Source: Octopus vulgaris
Taxonomy: Eukaryota
Reading direction: 5' to 3'
Assembly: GCA_951406725.2 (NCBI GenBank)
Contig: OX597814.1
Location: 106,206,001-106,270,000, forward strand
DNA: 64,000 nucleotides
Shown: piece by piece, positions 40,628 to 54,197 of the stretch
Layout of the letters: every line of letters begins with the position of its first letter
Numbering within the stretch: the stretch's first letter is position 1
Program-made: the position numbers and the translations under genes
The notes under the pieces: generated by a model
Databases searched by the model: none
The model's input: only the letters and a program-made list of their open reading frames with translations
Told to the model about the DNA's origin: nothing

Positions 40628-40820
<193 letters not shown>

Positions 40821-41148
40821 TAAATATACGAGCTATTATATCAAGGGGATACAAGCAAACTAACAACGGTTCTCAAGCGGTGTTAGGGGACAATCCGAAA
40901 CACAAAGACACGCACACACACAAACATAGACACCCATAAACCCACACATACGTGCGCAAACACTCATATGTGTGTGTATATGTACATAAATATGCATATA
41001 CATTATGTATTACACACACACACACACATTCACACACATATGTGTGTGTGTATACCATTATAAATCTCTGCCTATATCTGTCTATCTACCCATCTATGTG
41101 TGTGTGTGCGTGCAAACATGCATGTATATATTTATCTATGCATGCATG

Positions 41149-41758
41149 TCATTATTCAGTTTTATTTCAAAATTTCTTGTCAACAGAGAAAGAACCGGTT
41201 TCTAACCCAGATCCAACGTTCTTTCATTAAAATTTCAACATCAACAACAAGGTATTTTTGTTTGTTTGCATGTATGTATGTAAGTATGCATGTATGTATG
41301 TATATATGTATGCATGTATGTACGTATGTATGTATGTATGCATGTACGTACGTATGTATGCATGTATATATGTATTCGTATATATGTATATATGTATTCG
41401 TATATATGTATATATGTATGTATGTATGTATATATGTATGTATTCTGTATATATGTATATATGTATGTATGTATATATGTATGCATGTCTGTCTGTATGT
41501 ATGTATGTATGTATGCATGCATGCATGCATGTATGTATGTATGAATGTGCAGATTTGTATGTTTTCTTTTATGTATGTATTCTCATGCATATAGTTGCAT
41601 ATCTAGACATGCTCATATATACTTAAATGATAAACTTCTGCAAAGTTTTGCATATTTTTACAGTTCCAGTGATGGATTGGATCCGTAGTCTTCGAATTAG
41701 CTTTCTCCTTTTTGGATTTGAGAAGACTAACTTCTCAAGATTGTTATTTAGGCAGTGT
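41149..41758 (-). mobile_element. 5'-truncated R4-like LINE 3' end, (ACAT)n-associated family, copy 1
   Basis: HCLNNNLEKL..RKLIRRLRIQSITGTVKICKTLQKFII* plus a 3' UTR shared with 44470-44900. Confidence 0.85.
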
Positions 41759-41789
41759 ATGTATGTATGTATGTATGTATGTATGTATG

Positions 41790-41820
<31 letters not shown>

Positions 41821-41827
41821 GTACGTA

Positions 41828-41860
<33 letters not shown>

Positions 41861-42412
41861 TCATGTATGTATGTATGTATGTATGTATGTATGTATGTAT
41901 GTATGTATGTATGTATGTATGTATGTATAAACATGCGTACACAGAGCTATTTGAAGCTGTTTAACCGCCGACAGCCAATCCATATTTTCTGCCAATACAT
42001 ATTGGCAATTTACAGTTCATACTAAATAATATTGTTTTTATAATATTCACTAAACACAAATAGAAAAGTACATAAAAGCGTATGTGCGTGTGCGTGTGTG
42101 TGCGTGTGTGTGCGTGTGTATGTTTGTGTGTGTGTGTACAACCTACTGCATACATCAGTTATATGTTTGACATGTGGCGTATGTTGATTGTATACATTGG
42201 TGTAGATGAGTGATTCATTGTTTGCATGAGGCGGACATAGTAATTAAAACGACGAAACGTTCGATGAATATCTGGTCTTCACAAATCCATATGACGTTTA
42301 TCAGTTGCACGCATACACACGCACACGCTAATAAACTCGTTAATAAACACAATATACACACACGCACACGTTCACGCACAAACGGAGAGAGAGAGAATGA
42401 GAGAGAGAGAAT

Positions 42413-42447
<35 letters not shown>

Positions 42448-42499
42448 AAATGGATTGACTATTTGTGAATCTGCCAGTCATAAATATAACATGTATATA

Positions 42500-42728
42500 T
42501 GGCGAGCTGGCAGAAACGTTAGCACGCCGGGTGAAATGCTTTGCGGTATTTCGTCCGCCGCTGCGTTCTGAGTTCAAATTCCGCCGAGTTCGACTTTGCC
42601 TTTCATTTTTTCGGGGTCGATAAATTAAGTACCAGTTACGCACTGGGGTCGATATAATCGACTTAATCCGTTTGTCTGTCCTTGTTTGTCCCCTCTATGT
42701 TTAGCCCCTTGTGGGTAGTAAAGAAATA
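42500..42728 (+). mobile_element. SINE B, full length
   Basis: ggcgagctggcagaaacg...gagttcaaattcc (B box)...gactttgcctttcattttttcggggtcgataaattaagtaccag...aaagaaata. Confidence 0.9.
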
Positions 42729-42772
42729 TATATACTTACCTAAATACATCCATACATACACATACAGTCATA

Positions 42773-43088
42773 CATTGGGACGATCTGCATCCAGAATTAA
42801 ATCATTTTACTGCGAAGCAACTACGCCAACAAGCAACGTTTGTAAAACATAGAAAGAAGGTTTGTAACTGTAACTTTATTAAGAAATTGACAATTATCCT
42901 TCTTCCCAACTCTTTAAAGAAAAATGAAAACGTGAATGATATAAGATGACCACGTGGTTTCGCAGATAGCGACAGTCCAACTGATTCTACAGTGCCTGCC
43001 AGCCAAACTACATTACTGGCTCAAGTAACTGACCACTGTCCCTCTACTACGACAATGGTAAATAGCAGACACAACCGCAACGATTATG

Positions 43089-43166
<78 letters not shown>

Positions 43167-44900
43167 TTGGTGGTGGTCAGGATTATATGCCGGTAAAATG
43201 TGCCCTTACTGAAATTTTCGGAGAAAAAATAACTTTGGCTTTGAAGGACTCTCTCGAGGAGAGAGTATTCTCTACCAAAGTAAGTATAAAAAACCCCACC
43301 AGATACGGTATTAAAAGCTGTTAACGAAATCGGAGATGAGTATCTACAACAATGTGAGGAACCCACATTCTGGCAGATTAACGCCAGTCTGACATATGCT
43401 CTGGCTACAACTGTAAAACAGTACATGAACGATATTCAAAAAGTAAGCAAAACCAAAATAACAAAGACAATACCATCATGGGTTTTGAAGACAGAGAAAA
43501 AGATAACCGGTTTACGGAAGACCATCAGCCATTTAATGATGCTTATTGCATGCAAACAAGCAAATTATAATACGTCCCACCAATAGAAAGTAAAGGAGAT
43601 AGAAATAATGTTTGGGAACAGCAAAAAGGGGACACTCACTTGCAAACTGATTACTCTCAAGCAGGAGCTAAAAGCTGCCAGGCAGCAGTATACAGATACA
43701 TGAGAGAAGGAGCAGTAAACATCACGGAAGCCCTTTCACGAGAAGACATAGACTCTTCCTGGAGGAAAATCTGCAGCGAAGTGAAGGAATTTAACCAAGA
43801 TGCTTTGTGGCTGGAAGATATGTAATACTCATGCATTACATCCAAGATATACAACATTGATGGTGGAACTCTTGCAACTGCGATCCAGAAACTCCAGGAT
43901 AGAAAAGCACGTGGAGAGATTGGAGTGTTGGATATTGGCAGAAGAAGCTAACCTTCTACCGACCATAACATCTGTACCAGCAAGCTTTTATTGCGAACAG
44001 TAGCGTACCACACTGGTTAGCTCTGGCAGAGACAAAATTGATCCCCAAATGCAGAACCACCCACATAATAAAAAACTACCGCCCAATTGTATGCCAGAAT
44101 TTAATGTATAAGATATATACAGCGTGGTTAAACCTCTTCCTCCAGGACCATTGTGAAACCAATTACATTATCACAGCAGAACGAGCAGCTGGGAAGAAGG
44201 GAGTCTGGGGATGTGCCGAGCAATTTTTGATCAGCAAAACTGATGTCAGAGGTGCGAGAGCATTGGAAGAATTTAGTTTCAATGTGACTAGATTACAAGA
44301 AATCCTTTGACTCTGTTCCCCACTCATGCATGCTACAAGACCTACAGCTTGCTAATGTTCCAGTGAAAATAGTCAAAACCATAGCCGACCTGACTTCATC
44401 GTGGGCTACCATCTTGAAATTAAAAGTTCAGGTTTATACCTGTAATTATTTGGGCCCTGGGATATGTAACACACTGCCTAAATACTGATCTTGAGAAATT
44501 AAGCTTATCAAAACCAGAAAGGAGAAAGCTAATTCGAAGACTACAGATCCAATCCATCACTGGCACTGTAAAAATCTATAAAACTTTGCAGAAGTTTATC
44601 ATTTAAATATATCTGAGCATATCACGATATGTAGCTATATGCATGAGAATACATACATAAAACATACAAATCTGCACATACATACATACATACATACATA
44701 CATACATACATACATACATACATACGTACATACATACATACATACATACATACATACATACATACATACATACATACATACATACATACAAAAATACCCT
44801 GTTGTTGATGCTGAAATTCCAACGAAAGGACTTTGAATCTATGTTAAAAACTGGTTCTTTCTCTATTGGCAAGAAATCTTGAAATAAAACTAAATAATGA
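42773..44900 (+). mobile_element. Internally deleted R4-like LINE, (ACAT)n-associated family, copy 2
   Basis: HWDDLHPELNHFTAKQLRQQATFV N-terminal block; RT start IPK..KNYRPIVCQNLMYKIYT..GKKGVWGCAEQFLI..LDYKKSFDSVPHS; jumps to the RLE C-terminus at ~44427, then 3' UTR. Confidence 0.85.
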
Positions 44901-45905
44901 CATACATACATATGCACATACACATACATGCATACACACATACATGTGTGTAAATGTGTGTGTGTCTATATATAGGTATGTGTGTCTATGTATGTATGTA
45001 TGTATGTATGTATGTATGTATGTATGTATGTACGTATGTTGTACGTATGTATGTATGTATGTAAGAATGTATGTGAAATTTGTGTGCATTATGAATGAGT
45101 GTACACGTTCGTTTTTCCTGCTTCTTAAGCATATTTCATGAAGCAATGCTAAGACGGTCCTGAAGCCTGCGTTCAGATAAGATAATTAGCGAATGGCAGA
45201 TAAGGAATATGAAAGAAAATGATGGAAAGTTATAGTAATGTAGAGGGACTTCTTATAATGAGCCAGAAACGACAGAAGAAGAGAAGGAAAAAGAGGCTGG
45301 GTAGAGATTTGTTAGATAATAGAGAAAGTAGGACGGAAATATATGTAGGTGAAAGAGTGGAAAGAAGAGACGTGCATCTCTAGATGCTCATAGTTATAAA
45401 TACGTGTGCATATATATATATATTGTTGTCAAGTGGTGGCAGTGGTGGTAGAGGTATCGGGGGAACAATCACACGCACACATACACACACACACATTCAC
45501 TTTGGACTGTATTATAGTGAAAAGGTGAGAGCCAGATATGCCCTGCATATGCCCTGGATGGAAAACGGGGCATTTCTCTCTCTCTCTCTCTCTCCCTCTC
45601 TCTCTATCTATCAATCTATCTATCTATATCCCCTTCTTTCTCTCTCCCTCTTTCTCTCTCTCCCCCTTTCTCCCTCCGTCTCTCTCTCTCTCTATATATA
45701 TATATATGAATGTATATGTATATGTATACGTGTGTCTATCTCTGTATGTTTGTTTGTGTGTATATACGTGTGTGTGGATGTATGTGTGAATGCGTGTATA
45801 TATGTGTTTATTTTCTGGATATATGAGGTTATATGTATCTATATATTTATGTATATATTTATGCATCACTCTCTCTCTCTCTCTCTCTCTCTCTAGATAT
45901 ATATA

Positions 45906-46154
45906 TCATTGCTATTATATTAAACTGTCGTATGTCCAAAGTTGGCCAAATGCACCTTTTTCAATATTTATCTTTGTTTGCAATAGCCGGGTCTTTTGGT
46001 CAAACTATCGTATCTCCAGCTGCTTAAGATGCCAAGAGATCCATAGTTATCAAAGTGTAGTACAATGGTTTTCCTATGGGATAGTGAAACTATCTTTTCG
46101 TTTTCTGAAACAGCAAAGTTATGGACTTAAGCCATTTTTGCATAATAGCAACGA
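45906..46154. mobile_element. 249-bp MITE (copy 2), TA target duplication
   Basis: TA|tcattgctattat...cataatagcaacga|TA; homolog of 21528-21776. Confidence 0.85.
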
Positions 46155-46580
46155 TACGTATGATGTGAGTGTGTATGTGTGTGTGTGTTTTAGAATTGCT
46201 TCTCGAAGTATATATAAAGTTATAAACAATAACATAAAAATTGAGTTGAAAACCTCTTTTGGATAGAAAACTTCGAAGTCTGTCCGTGAGTCTTGAACCC
46301 GCAACCCCTGTAGAACCGCTGCTCAAATATTTAAACAGTAAATAATATATTTGTTGAAATGCACAAGGCCCGATCAAACTGGAGTTCATTGAAAAGGGCC
46401 GCACTGAGCGACGTTTATTATTTATAATTTCTATTAATGACCCGTCCTTTGGGCGTCTTATTTAGACTGGTTCTTGCAAAGGATTTTTTGGAAGTTTGGC
46501 CTAAAAGACACTCTACGGAATTGCAGAAATGAAGAACGCATGAGCAAATATCAATAACTTCTTTTCTTTTCTTTTCTTGT

Positions 46581-46961
46581 TTTTACTTCTTTTAGTCATT
46601 AGACTACGGCCATACTGGGGCAGCGCCTTGAAGACTCTTTGGTCGAAAGAATCGACACGAGTAATTCGTCTCTTATTATTTTTCAATGCTTTGTACTCTT
46701 TTGCCGAACCACTAAGTTGCAGGGACGCAAACACACCAACACCGGTCGTCAAGCGATTGTCGGGTAAGAACACAAACACAAGATAAATACAACCACACAC
46801 ATGCACATATACATATGTGTGTCTGTGTGCATGCGTGCGCGTGTGCGTGTGTGTCTGTGCGTAAACGGTGGCTTTCTCTGAGTTTCCGTCAACAAATTCA
46901 ATTCACAAGGCCTTGGTTGTCCGCGGCTCTAAGTAGGGGACCACCTGCCAAGGTGCCACGC
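46581..46961 (-). mobile_element. SINE family A, head truncated
   Basis: Homologous to 5830-6250. Confidence 0.8.
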
Positions 46962-47829
46962 CAGCGCCTTTATTTACAAAAGTAAAATATATGATGGGAA
47001 TATTTATTGAATCGTAACTTCACTTGGATTTCTTCTCGGCTTTTTGCTGGAAACCATTTCTGCATCTGTTGTAAAATTCCTTTCTCCAGTTTTAATCAAA
47101 ATGAACCGGAAGTAATGGGAACACAGGCCTCAGCATTCTGCAGGTCGTAAGAAGTAAGCAAAGGTGTTATAGAATGCTGAAGTGTTGCAGATACACACAC
47201 ACACATGCTCACACACACATGCACACACACACATGCACACACACACACACACATACACACACACTCACACATATGTGAATATATGTCTAGCATGTGTATG
47301 TTCTTGTATGTATACACATAGTGTGTGTATGCCGTCTGTTTCATTCTATGCTTATTCATGTCTCTCATTCCCTCTTTCTCTTCAGAAACACACTCGCATG
47401 CGCGCACACATGCACATATATTGGTGTGTGTGTGTGTCTGTGTGTGTACGTGTGTCTGTCTGTCTGTCTGAGTATACCATGTGCGCGCATATTAATAGTA
47501 AAGTTGGAGTAAACGATAACGATAAGTAAAAAAAAATGGCTGCTGCAATGCACCGGTTTTTATTGTTGTGGCATTAAGTTATCTACTGATCGACAGGATG
47601 GCGCCATTGCGACCGGGTGTGAAGCTACCAAAATCTGATCTGGATTTCTTCATTCCTCCTCTGCACCCACCCATCCCACCCGCCCACTCCTAAATACGTG
47701 AGGGACTTAAGTGGTAGAAGAGAAAAATATCTCCATTTACCTAACTTCTTCCTCCATTTAAACAGCATCGTTTAATTTCCTTATTGTTAAGTAAGAGATG
47801 TTGTAGTTGTCGCCATTTTGGCTGTGTTT

Positions 47830-47864
<35 letters not shown>

Positions 47865-49403
47865 CGTCACTATTTTGGCTGTGTTCATTGTTGTCGCCAT
47901 TATTATTGTTTGTAGTTTTATATTTGTGTTCTTGCTAATATTGCTCCAATTTCTGTCTGAGGTCATAATCCCTCTAGGTTTGCCTGCTTTGCAAGTCTTC
48001 AAGCAGTTTCCTTTTTCTTCCCCAAGGATTATTCTCCCCTCCTTGTTTTTCATTTCTCTATTGTATTTACCAATTTTTATTTTGTTATATTTTTATCATA
48101 TTTTCTCCGGTTATCGATTTCATGTCATCTTTTCACCTTTATTTCATCTTTTATTTTTACTTTTCAATCACACATACACACACTCTCTCCCCCCTCTCTC
48201 TCTCTCACCCTCTCCCCCTCTCTCTCTTTCTCACTCTCACTCCCTCCTTAATTGAAAATATCACAGTTGAAAATATCCCACCACATACAGCCACAATATG
48301 TGTGCAGCTACACCTCCAATTTTCTTAATTCTTAATCCCGTTATAGGTATTTTGCACGTCTGCCAATAAACGCATATTCCCACCCCCACCCCCACCCCAC
48401 CCACATGCCTACACATTTTAATCTATTCTGGCTTAGAGGCAATCATTTATCCAAAGTTGCTGACATCTGAGTAATAGCAACGGAATATCATTGTATTATT
48501 AACTAGCAAATCATAAATATTTTTGAGTGATGAATGTTCGATGTTAAAGAAAATCCGTACAATGATTAAAGATTACGAAAATAAAGATCATTCATTGATT
48601 CTATTATTGGTGGAGATCGATACTAAAGCGATATTAAAAATATCGCATGTTTAATTGAACGAAGCGGAATACACGGATAGCAACAATTTGCTTGGCTGAT
48701 AAATCAAATCTGTCGACGATACATAATATTGGTTTCATACACAAAAAGTATGTCAAACCTTACAGTCATACCCCAGAGCAAGTGGGCAACAATAGTTAAT
48801 AAACCAATCCAGATTATGGTCCTATCGTGACCGCCAGGGTCAATGTAGCTGTCAGGCCAAATGTTATCGAATCTACGAATGTCTGAGAAGTGGTATATGA
48901 TTTGGTCAGCTAATGTTACTTAAAATGGTCCTATTGCAATGTTGTGTTCTGTAGAATATAATTTGTTCTTGTATATATTCAAGAAATGTTAAAATAATTC
49001 CAGGAGTTGGTCAATGTTAAAAAGCTCATCATGTTTTTTTCAAATGATACATGTAGATATGGTTTTTCCTGATTTAACTTCTGTAGATTTCGTGGTTAAA
49101 AAAAACTGTGGCCTCTGCTCTCAAAACCTCGCAGTAAGATATATTTCTGATTGGAAATTTAGAGACATATGTCTGGAACAGAAATTCGACGACCAACTTT
49201 TAATTTATTTTCGATTAGTTTAGGCCATAAAAAGCATAAATAAACCAGTGGCCGAACCAATGAAGGAACATTTAGACAGTCACGTAACATTCTTTTGTTA
49301 TGCTAAACTTTCTATAATGTGATCTTGAGAATATTGTGTTCAGTAGAAAATCGAGGCCTGAATACTTATTACTATAGTTCTTCCCAACCAGAGTTGCCAT
49401 ACC

Positions 49404-49637
49404 TATTTCTTTACTACCCACAAGGGGCTAAACACAGAGGGGACAAACAAGGACAGACAAACGGATTAAGTTGATTACATCGATCCCAGTGCGTAACTGG
49501 TACTTAATTTATCGACCACGAAAGGATGAAAGGCAAAGTCGACCTCGGCGAAATTTGAACTCAGAACGTAGCGGCAGACGAAACATGGCTACGCATTTCG
49601 CCCGGCGTGCTAACGTTTCTGCTAGCTCGCCGCTTTA
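49404..49637 (-). mobile_element. SINE B, full length
   Basis: 14-bp TSD agagttgc(c/t)atacc at 49390-49403 and 49638-49651. Confidence 0.9.
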
Positions 49638-50355
49638 AGAGTTGCTATACCGTTAACCATAAACAACAGACTTTTGTAAAGGCAGTGGTTACTTTCGTTG
49701 CACAAATGAGTCGACATATTTAAGTCGCTCTTTAAATGATGTTTCTTGCAAGTTTTGCGGGTTTGCTTCAGTCTGAAGTTAAGACCATTAGAATGGTCAT
49801 GTTATGAAATTGTTGCTCTCAACAGACAGTTTCTATCTTTGGTATCTTGGAAAACCACTCGTAGCTTCAAAAACGAATTTTTGTTTCAATGAAAATATAC
49901 CTTGGTAATCACCTCATTCAGCGTAGGCACATTTCCTTTCTTTGTTGTCTGTTATCTCTCGAAATTATTATTAATACATCCATATTTGTTTTGGAATTCA
50001 TCCTTAATCCATTTTCTATTTCCGGTCAGTAATTCAATCCATCTAAATAATTTGAGTTCAAAAGAACATATTTAAACTTTGAAAAATGCAGTTCGCTTCC
50101 CCGAGCTATTATTGTTGGCTGCGGTTTTGTAATCTGTATAAGTTGTAAGAAATATCAAAGATCTCGGTTACGTAGTATATTGGTCTAATCAAACCGAAGA
50201 TCGTGTTATTGTTCCTACGAAGATCAGGGACTAAACAAACAACTAAATCGTGAATAAAATCTCACATCGTTATAACACTACATAAGGTTGGATTTGAACT
50301 CAGGACTTTCGACGACAAATATAAAAAAAAACATACTATTTTAACCTGTGTTTTA

Positions 50356-50475
50356 AGACGGCGAGCTAGCAGAAAGGTTAGCAGGCAGGGTGAAATACTT
50401 TGCTGTATTTTGTCTGTCTTTAAGTTTGAGTTCGACTTTGCCTTTCATCCTTTCAGATGTGCCTAGAGTAGAAAA
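50356..50475 (+). mobile_element. SINE B, internally deleted
   Basis: ggcgagctagcagaaagg...tcgactttgcctttcatcctttc. Confidence 0.7.
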
Positions 50476-50490
50476 GAGTATTTTAACATG

Positions 50491-50700
50491 TGTGAAGGTA
50501 CCTAGACTAGTGGTGAAGGTGATGCACTCAGGATCAAAAGATCGTGGGTTCCATTCCCGAATCTGTCGCTGCATTGTGTTTTCGAGGGCAAAATGCTTCA
50601 TTTGACGTTGCTCCAGTCGACTCAGTTGTAAATGAGTTAACCCGTTCATGAGGCGGCGTTGATCTCGATCACTGATATTCGCCATGGGAACCAGGAAACT
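50491..50700 (+). mobile_element. tRNA-derived SINE family C
   Basis: A-box-like tagactagtgg, B-box-like gggttccattccc; homolog at 63100-63390. Confidence 0.7.
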
Positions 50701-51065
50701 GGTTAATTACTCAGGGGATTCGCTAGTTAATCACAGATAAATTAAAAGTTGAAATGTATCATTTTTCTTCCAAAATTTAATTTCATCTCGAAACGGCCAT
50801 CGTAGCAACAGTAATTAAGCAAACTTTCTAACTTCAATATACATGTGTGTGTGTATGCAAGTGCGTGTGTGAGTATCTGTGTATGTGTGTATATATTTAT
50901 ATATACATATGTATATATATATATACATATATATACATATACATACATATATACATATATGTATATATATATACACATATATATATGTATATATATTTAT
51001 GTATGTATACAGGTGTACATATACATAAATGCATGTTATCTCTCTCTCTGTCTCTCTCCCTCTCT

Positions 51066-51101
<36 letters not shown>

Positions 51102-51128
51102 GCATGCATACATACATACATACATACA

Positions 51129-51210
<82 letters not shown>

Positions 51211-51216
<6 letters not shown>

Positions 51217-51440
51217 GAAATTAGGTACTCAGAAATCCAGATGGTTTTATATTTACAGATATTTTTTAGTATGTTACATGTTTTTATAATTTGAACTATT
51301 CAACTTGAAGACTCCATTAGAATGGACGAAAGCGCTATTACGTATGATATATGACATATGATTTATAAAAACATGTAATATACAAATAAATATCTGTAAA
51401 TATAAAACCATCTAGATTTCTGAGTACCTCATTTCTTCTA

Positions 51441-51441
<1 letters not shown>
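51211..51441. mobile_element. Fold-back element (~80-bp arms) enclosing a decayed minimal hammerhead; Penelope-like
   Basis: Arms 51211-51289/51363-51441; centre ttgaaga-c-tccatt-ag-aatgga-c-gaaa-gcgc-ta. Confidence 0.65.
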
Positions 51442-51529
<88 letters not shown>

Positions 51530-51559
51530 TGTATGTATGTATGTATGTATGTATGTATG

Positions 51560-53104
51560 TTGTTTTATATTCTATAATTTTCACAGACAATAAATACAAT
51601 ATTAATTGTTACCGTCTGAGAATTTGGTGTAATTTGAGAGGATGATACAAAAGTTAGGGATGATTTAGTGATTTACTGCAAAACCCATGGCGGCCAAAAT
51701 GATCAAAACGGTTGAAAAAATAACAAAATAATCAAAAATGAATTATTTAATATTTAGTGTGAAGCTCTTTAGCTTCAATCACACTCTGACATCTTCGACT
51801 GCATGAGGAAATTAAATTTTCAATTTCCTGCTGGGTGATCTTATTCCATTCTTCTTGAAGGGCATTCCATAATTGCTCAGTTGTTTTAGGATTTCTGGCT
51901 TTCGAACGTTCTCCTAGAATATTCCATACATTTTCAATAGGATTGAGATCTGGGCTTTGTGCAGACCAATCCATAACAATAACCTTTTCAGCCTTGAGGA
52001 AATTCATGACCACCTTAGCCTTGTGACATGGGGCATTGTCCTGCATGAATATGGGTGGTCGCTTAGTTGAATTTCTCAGCACAGGCAAGCATGATCTTTT
52101 ACAAGTTGTTTATAAACTCCTGCATTTACCTTTCCATGTAATCGCACCAAAGGGCCCACACCATCTCCAGATATCATCCCCCAAACTATGACACTTCCTC
52201 CACCGAATTTAACACTAGTCTTAAGGCATTTAGGCGACAATTTTTCACCTACTTTTCTACGAACGTACCTTTTCCCATCTGAGCCAAATGACATAAACTT
52301 AGATTCATCACTGAAATGCACCGTTTGTCATTTTTCTTAAGACCACAACACATGTTCGGTTCCAAAGGTAAGACGACACTTTTTATTCTTGGAGCTGATC
52401 AGTGGCTTCACTGCAGGTGCTCTTGCTTGTAGGTCATGTTCAACTAAACGACGAGACACAGTTTTTCGAGATAAAGTTTTCTTCAATACAATGTTCATTT
52501 TCCGAGAAACAGCAGCAGTAGTTTTAAATCTGTCCTTTTTAATCAACTTTACCATAGCACGATCTTCTCTCTTGGTCGTTTTTCTTGGCCTACCTGTAAA
52601 CTTTCTTGCTTCACACGAATCACAATCATCGTAGACCTTAAGAATACTGTGTACAACACTTTTTGACTTGCTAACAATCTTTGCAATAGATCCAATACTT
52701 AAATTATCCTTCCTTCGAAGCTTAATAATCTGCTGACGAATTGGTAACGGAGTAAGTGGCATTATATTAACAAAGTACACTGCAAATGTTCTTACTAATG
52801 TTTAGTAAACGAACCGTCACGTAAACAAATTCAAAACATTAGAGTTCGCCGGTTAAATATACTAAAACCCGAAGTAAAAGCAACCGTTCTGATCATTTTG
52901 GCCGCCATGGATTTTGCAGTAAATCACTAAATCATCCATAACTTTTGTATTATCCTCTCAAATTACACCAAAATCTCAGGCAATAAAAAATAATATTGTA
53001 TTTATTGTCTGTGAAAATTATAGAATATAAAACAAATTTGATAAAAAATTATAACTACTTTTCTGACGAAAACAACGCCGTTTTGAACATTTTGGCCGTC
53101 ACTG
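51560..53104 (-). mobile_element. Tc1-like transposon with long IR/DR-type TIRs; left TIR truncated
   Basis: TIRs 51560-51714 and 52881-53104; terminus reads TA-CAGTG on minus; outer and inner direct repeats cggccaaaatg(t/a)tca. Confidence 0.92.
51747..52762 (-). pseudogene. DD34E Tc1 transposase pseudogene
   Basis: GRPRKTT, FSDESKF, GGGSVIVWG, FMQDNAPCH-(34 aa)-SPDLNPIENVW; stops near 52330 and a frameshift near 52080. Confidence 0.93.
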
Positions 53105-53705
53105 TATATACATATGTACATTCGTACATGTATACATAAATATAGTTGTGCGTTCGTGTGTATGTCTGTGTGTGCGTGCGTACATGCATGCGTGTTTGTG
53201 TATGTGTCAGAAGACACATAATGGTGCTTCATGAATCTACAGAAACAAAGCTGCGAAGAGAATAATATTTCACTCGGAGTCAAACCTAAAATGGCGACTC
53301 CACCTTTCACAGCGTTCCTCAAAAACAAACACAAACAATAGCAATTCTATCTTGTCGATCAGAAAAATATTTGCATATGATAGCAAATAGGCTACCATTT
53401 TTTATAGAACGTGTCGAATTTTTTCTTGTGTTCTCCTTCTCTCATTTACCATGTTAAACCACGTTGTTAAAGTGATTTTTTCCCTTCCTGACAGCCCAAA
53501 ACGCCTAAAATATACACTTACTGCTGAATGTAGCGAAATAAAAACAACAAAGAAATCCCCAGAGTAAAGCGTCACATCTTCTTCTGTTGCATTTAATCCT
53601 AATTGCCATGGTTTCGGTTTAGTTTTACAATGGAAATAAACTTTTGTGGCTATAACGAGATCAACATATGATGAAGCAGAATAAAACAGATGCACACATT
53701 TGTAG

Positions 53706-53776
<71 letters not shown>

Positions 53777-53832
53777 TATATGTATGTATTTATATATATA
53801 TATATATATATATTCATATATGTATGTATGTG

Positions 53833-53877
<45 letters not shown>

Positions 53878-54014
53878 GTATGTATATATATGTATATGTA
53901 TATTCATATATGTATGTGTACATATGTATATAGTATATATATACATATATATATGCGTATGCATAAGTATATATATGTGTATGTGTATGTATATATGAAT
54001 CTGTGCGTGTGCAT

Positions 54015-54197
54015 TCTTTTATTAGTTTCAGTCATTTGATTGCGGTCATGCTGGAGCACCTATTGTCGAACAAATCGAACAAATAGACTCCAGGACTTAT
54101 TCTTAGTAAGCCTAGTACAACAACGGTTGTCAAACGCTTATGAAGGGACAAACAAAGACGGGCTTCTTTCAGTTTCCGTCTACCGAATCCACTCACA
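54015..54197 (-). mobile_element. SINE family A, deleted copy
   Basis: tttcagtcatttgattgcggtcatgctggagcacc...gggcttctttcagtttccgtctacc. Confidence 0.75.

Noticed and set aside
47530-47700. Promoter/enhancer (YY1-like aaaatggc, GC box cccgccc)
   Set aside because: Short motifs expected by chance; no linked transcript evidence
48900-50260. Possible very old RLE LINE remnant on minus (PDICL*..YILLRGFES)
   Set aside because: Too degenerate to support by eye; needs tBLASTn or HMM
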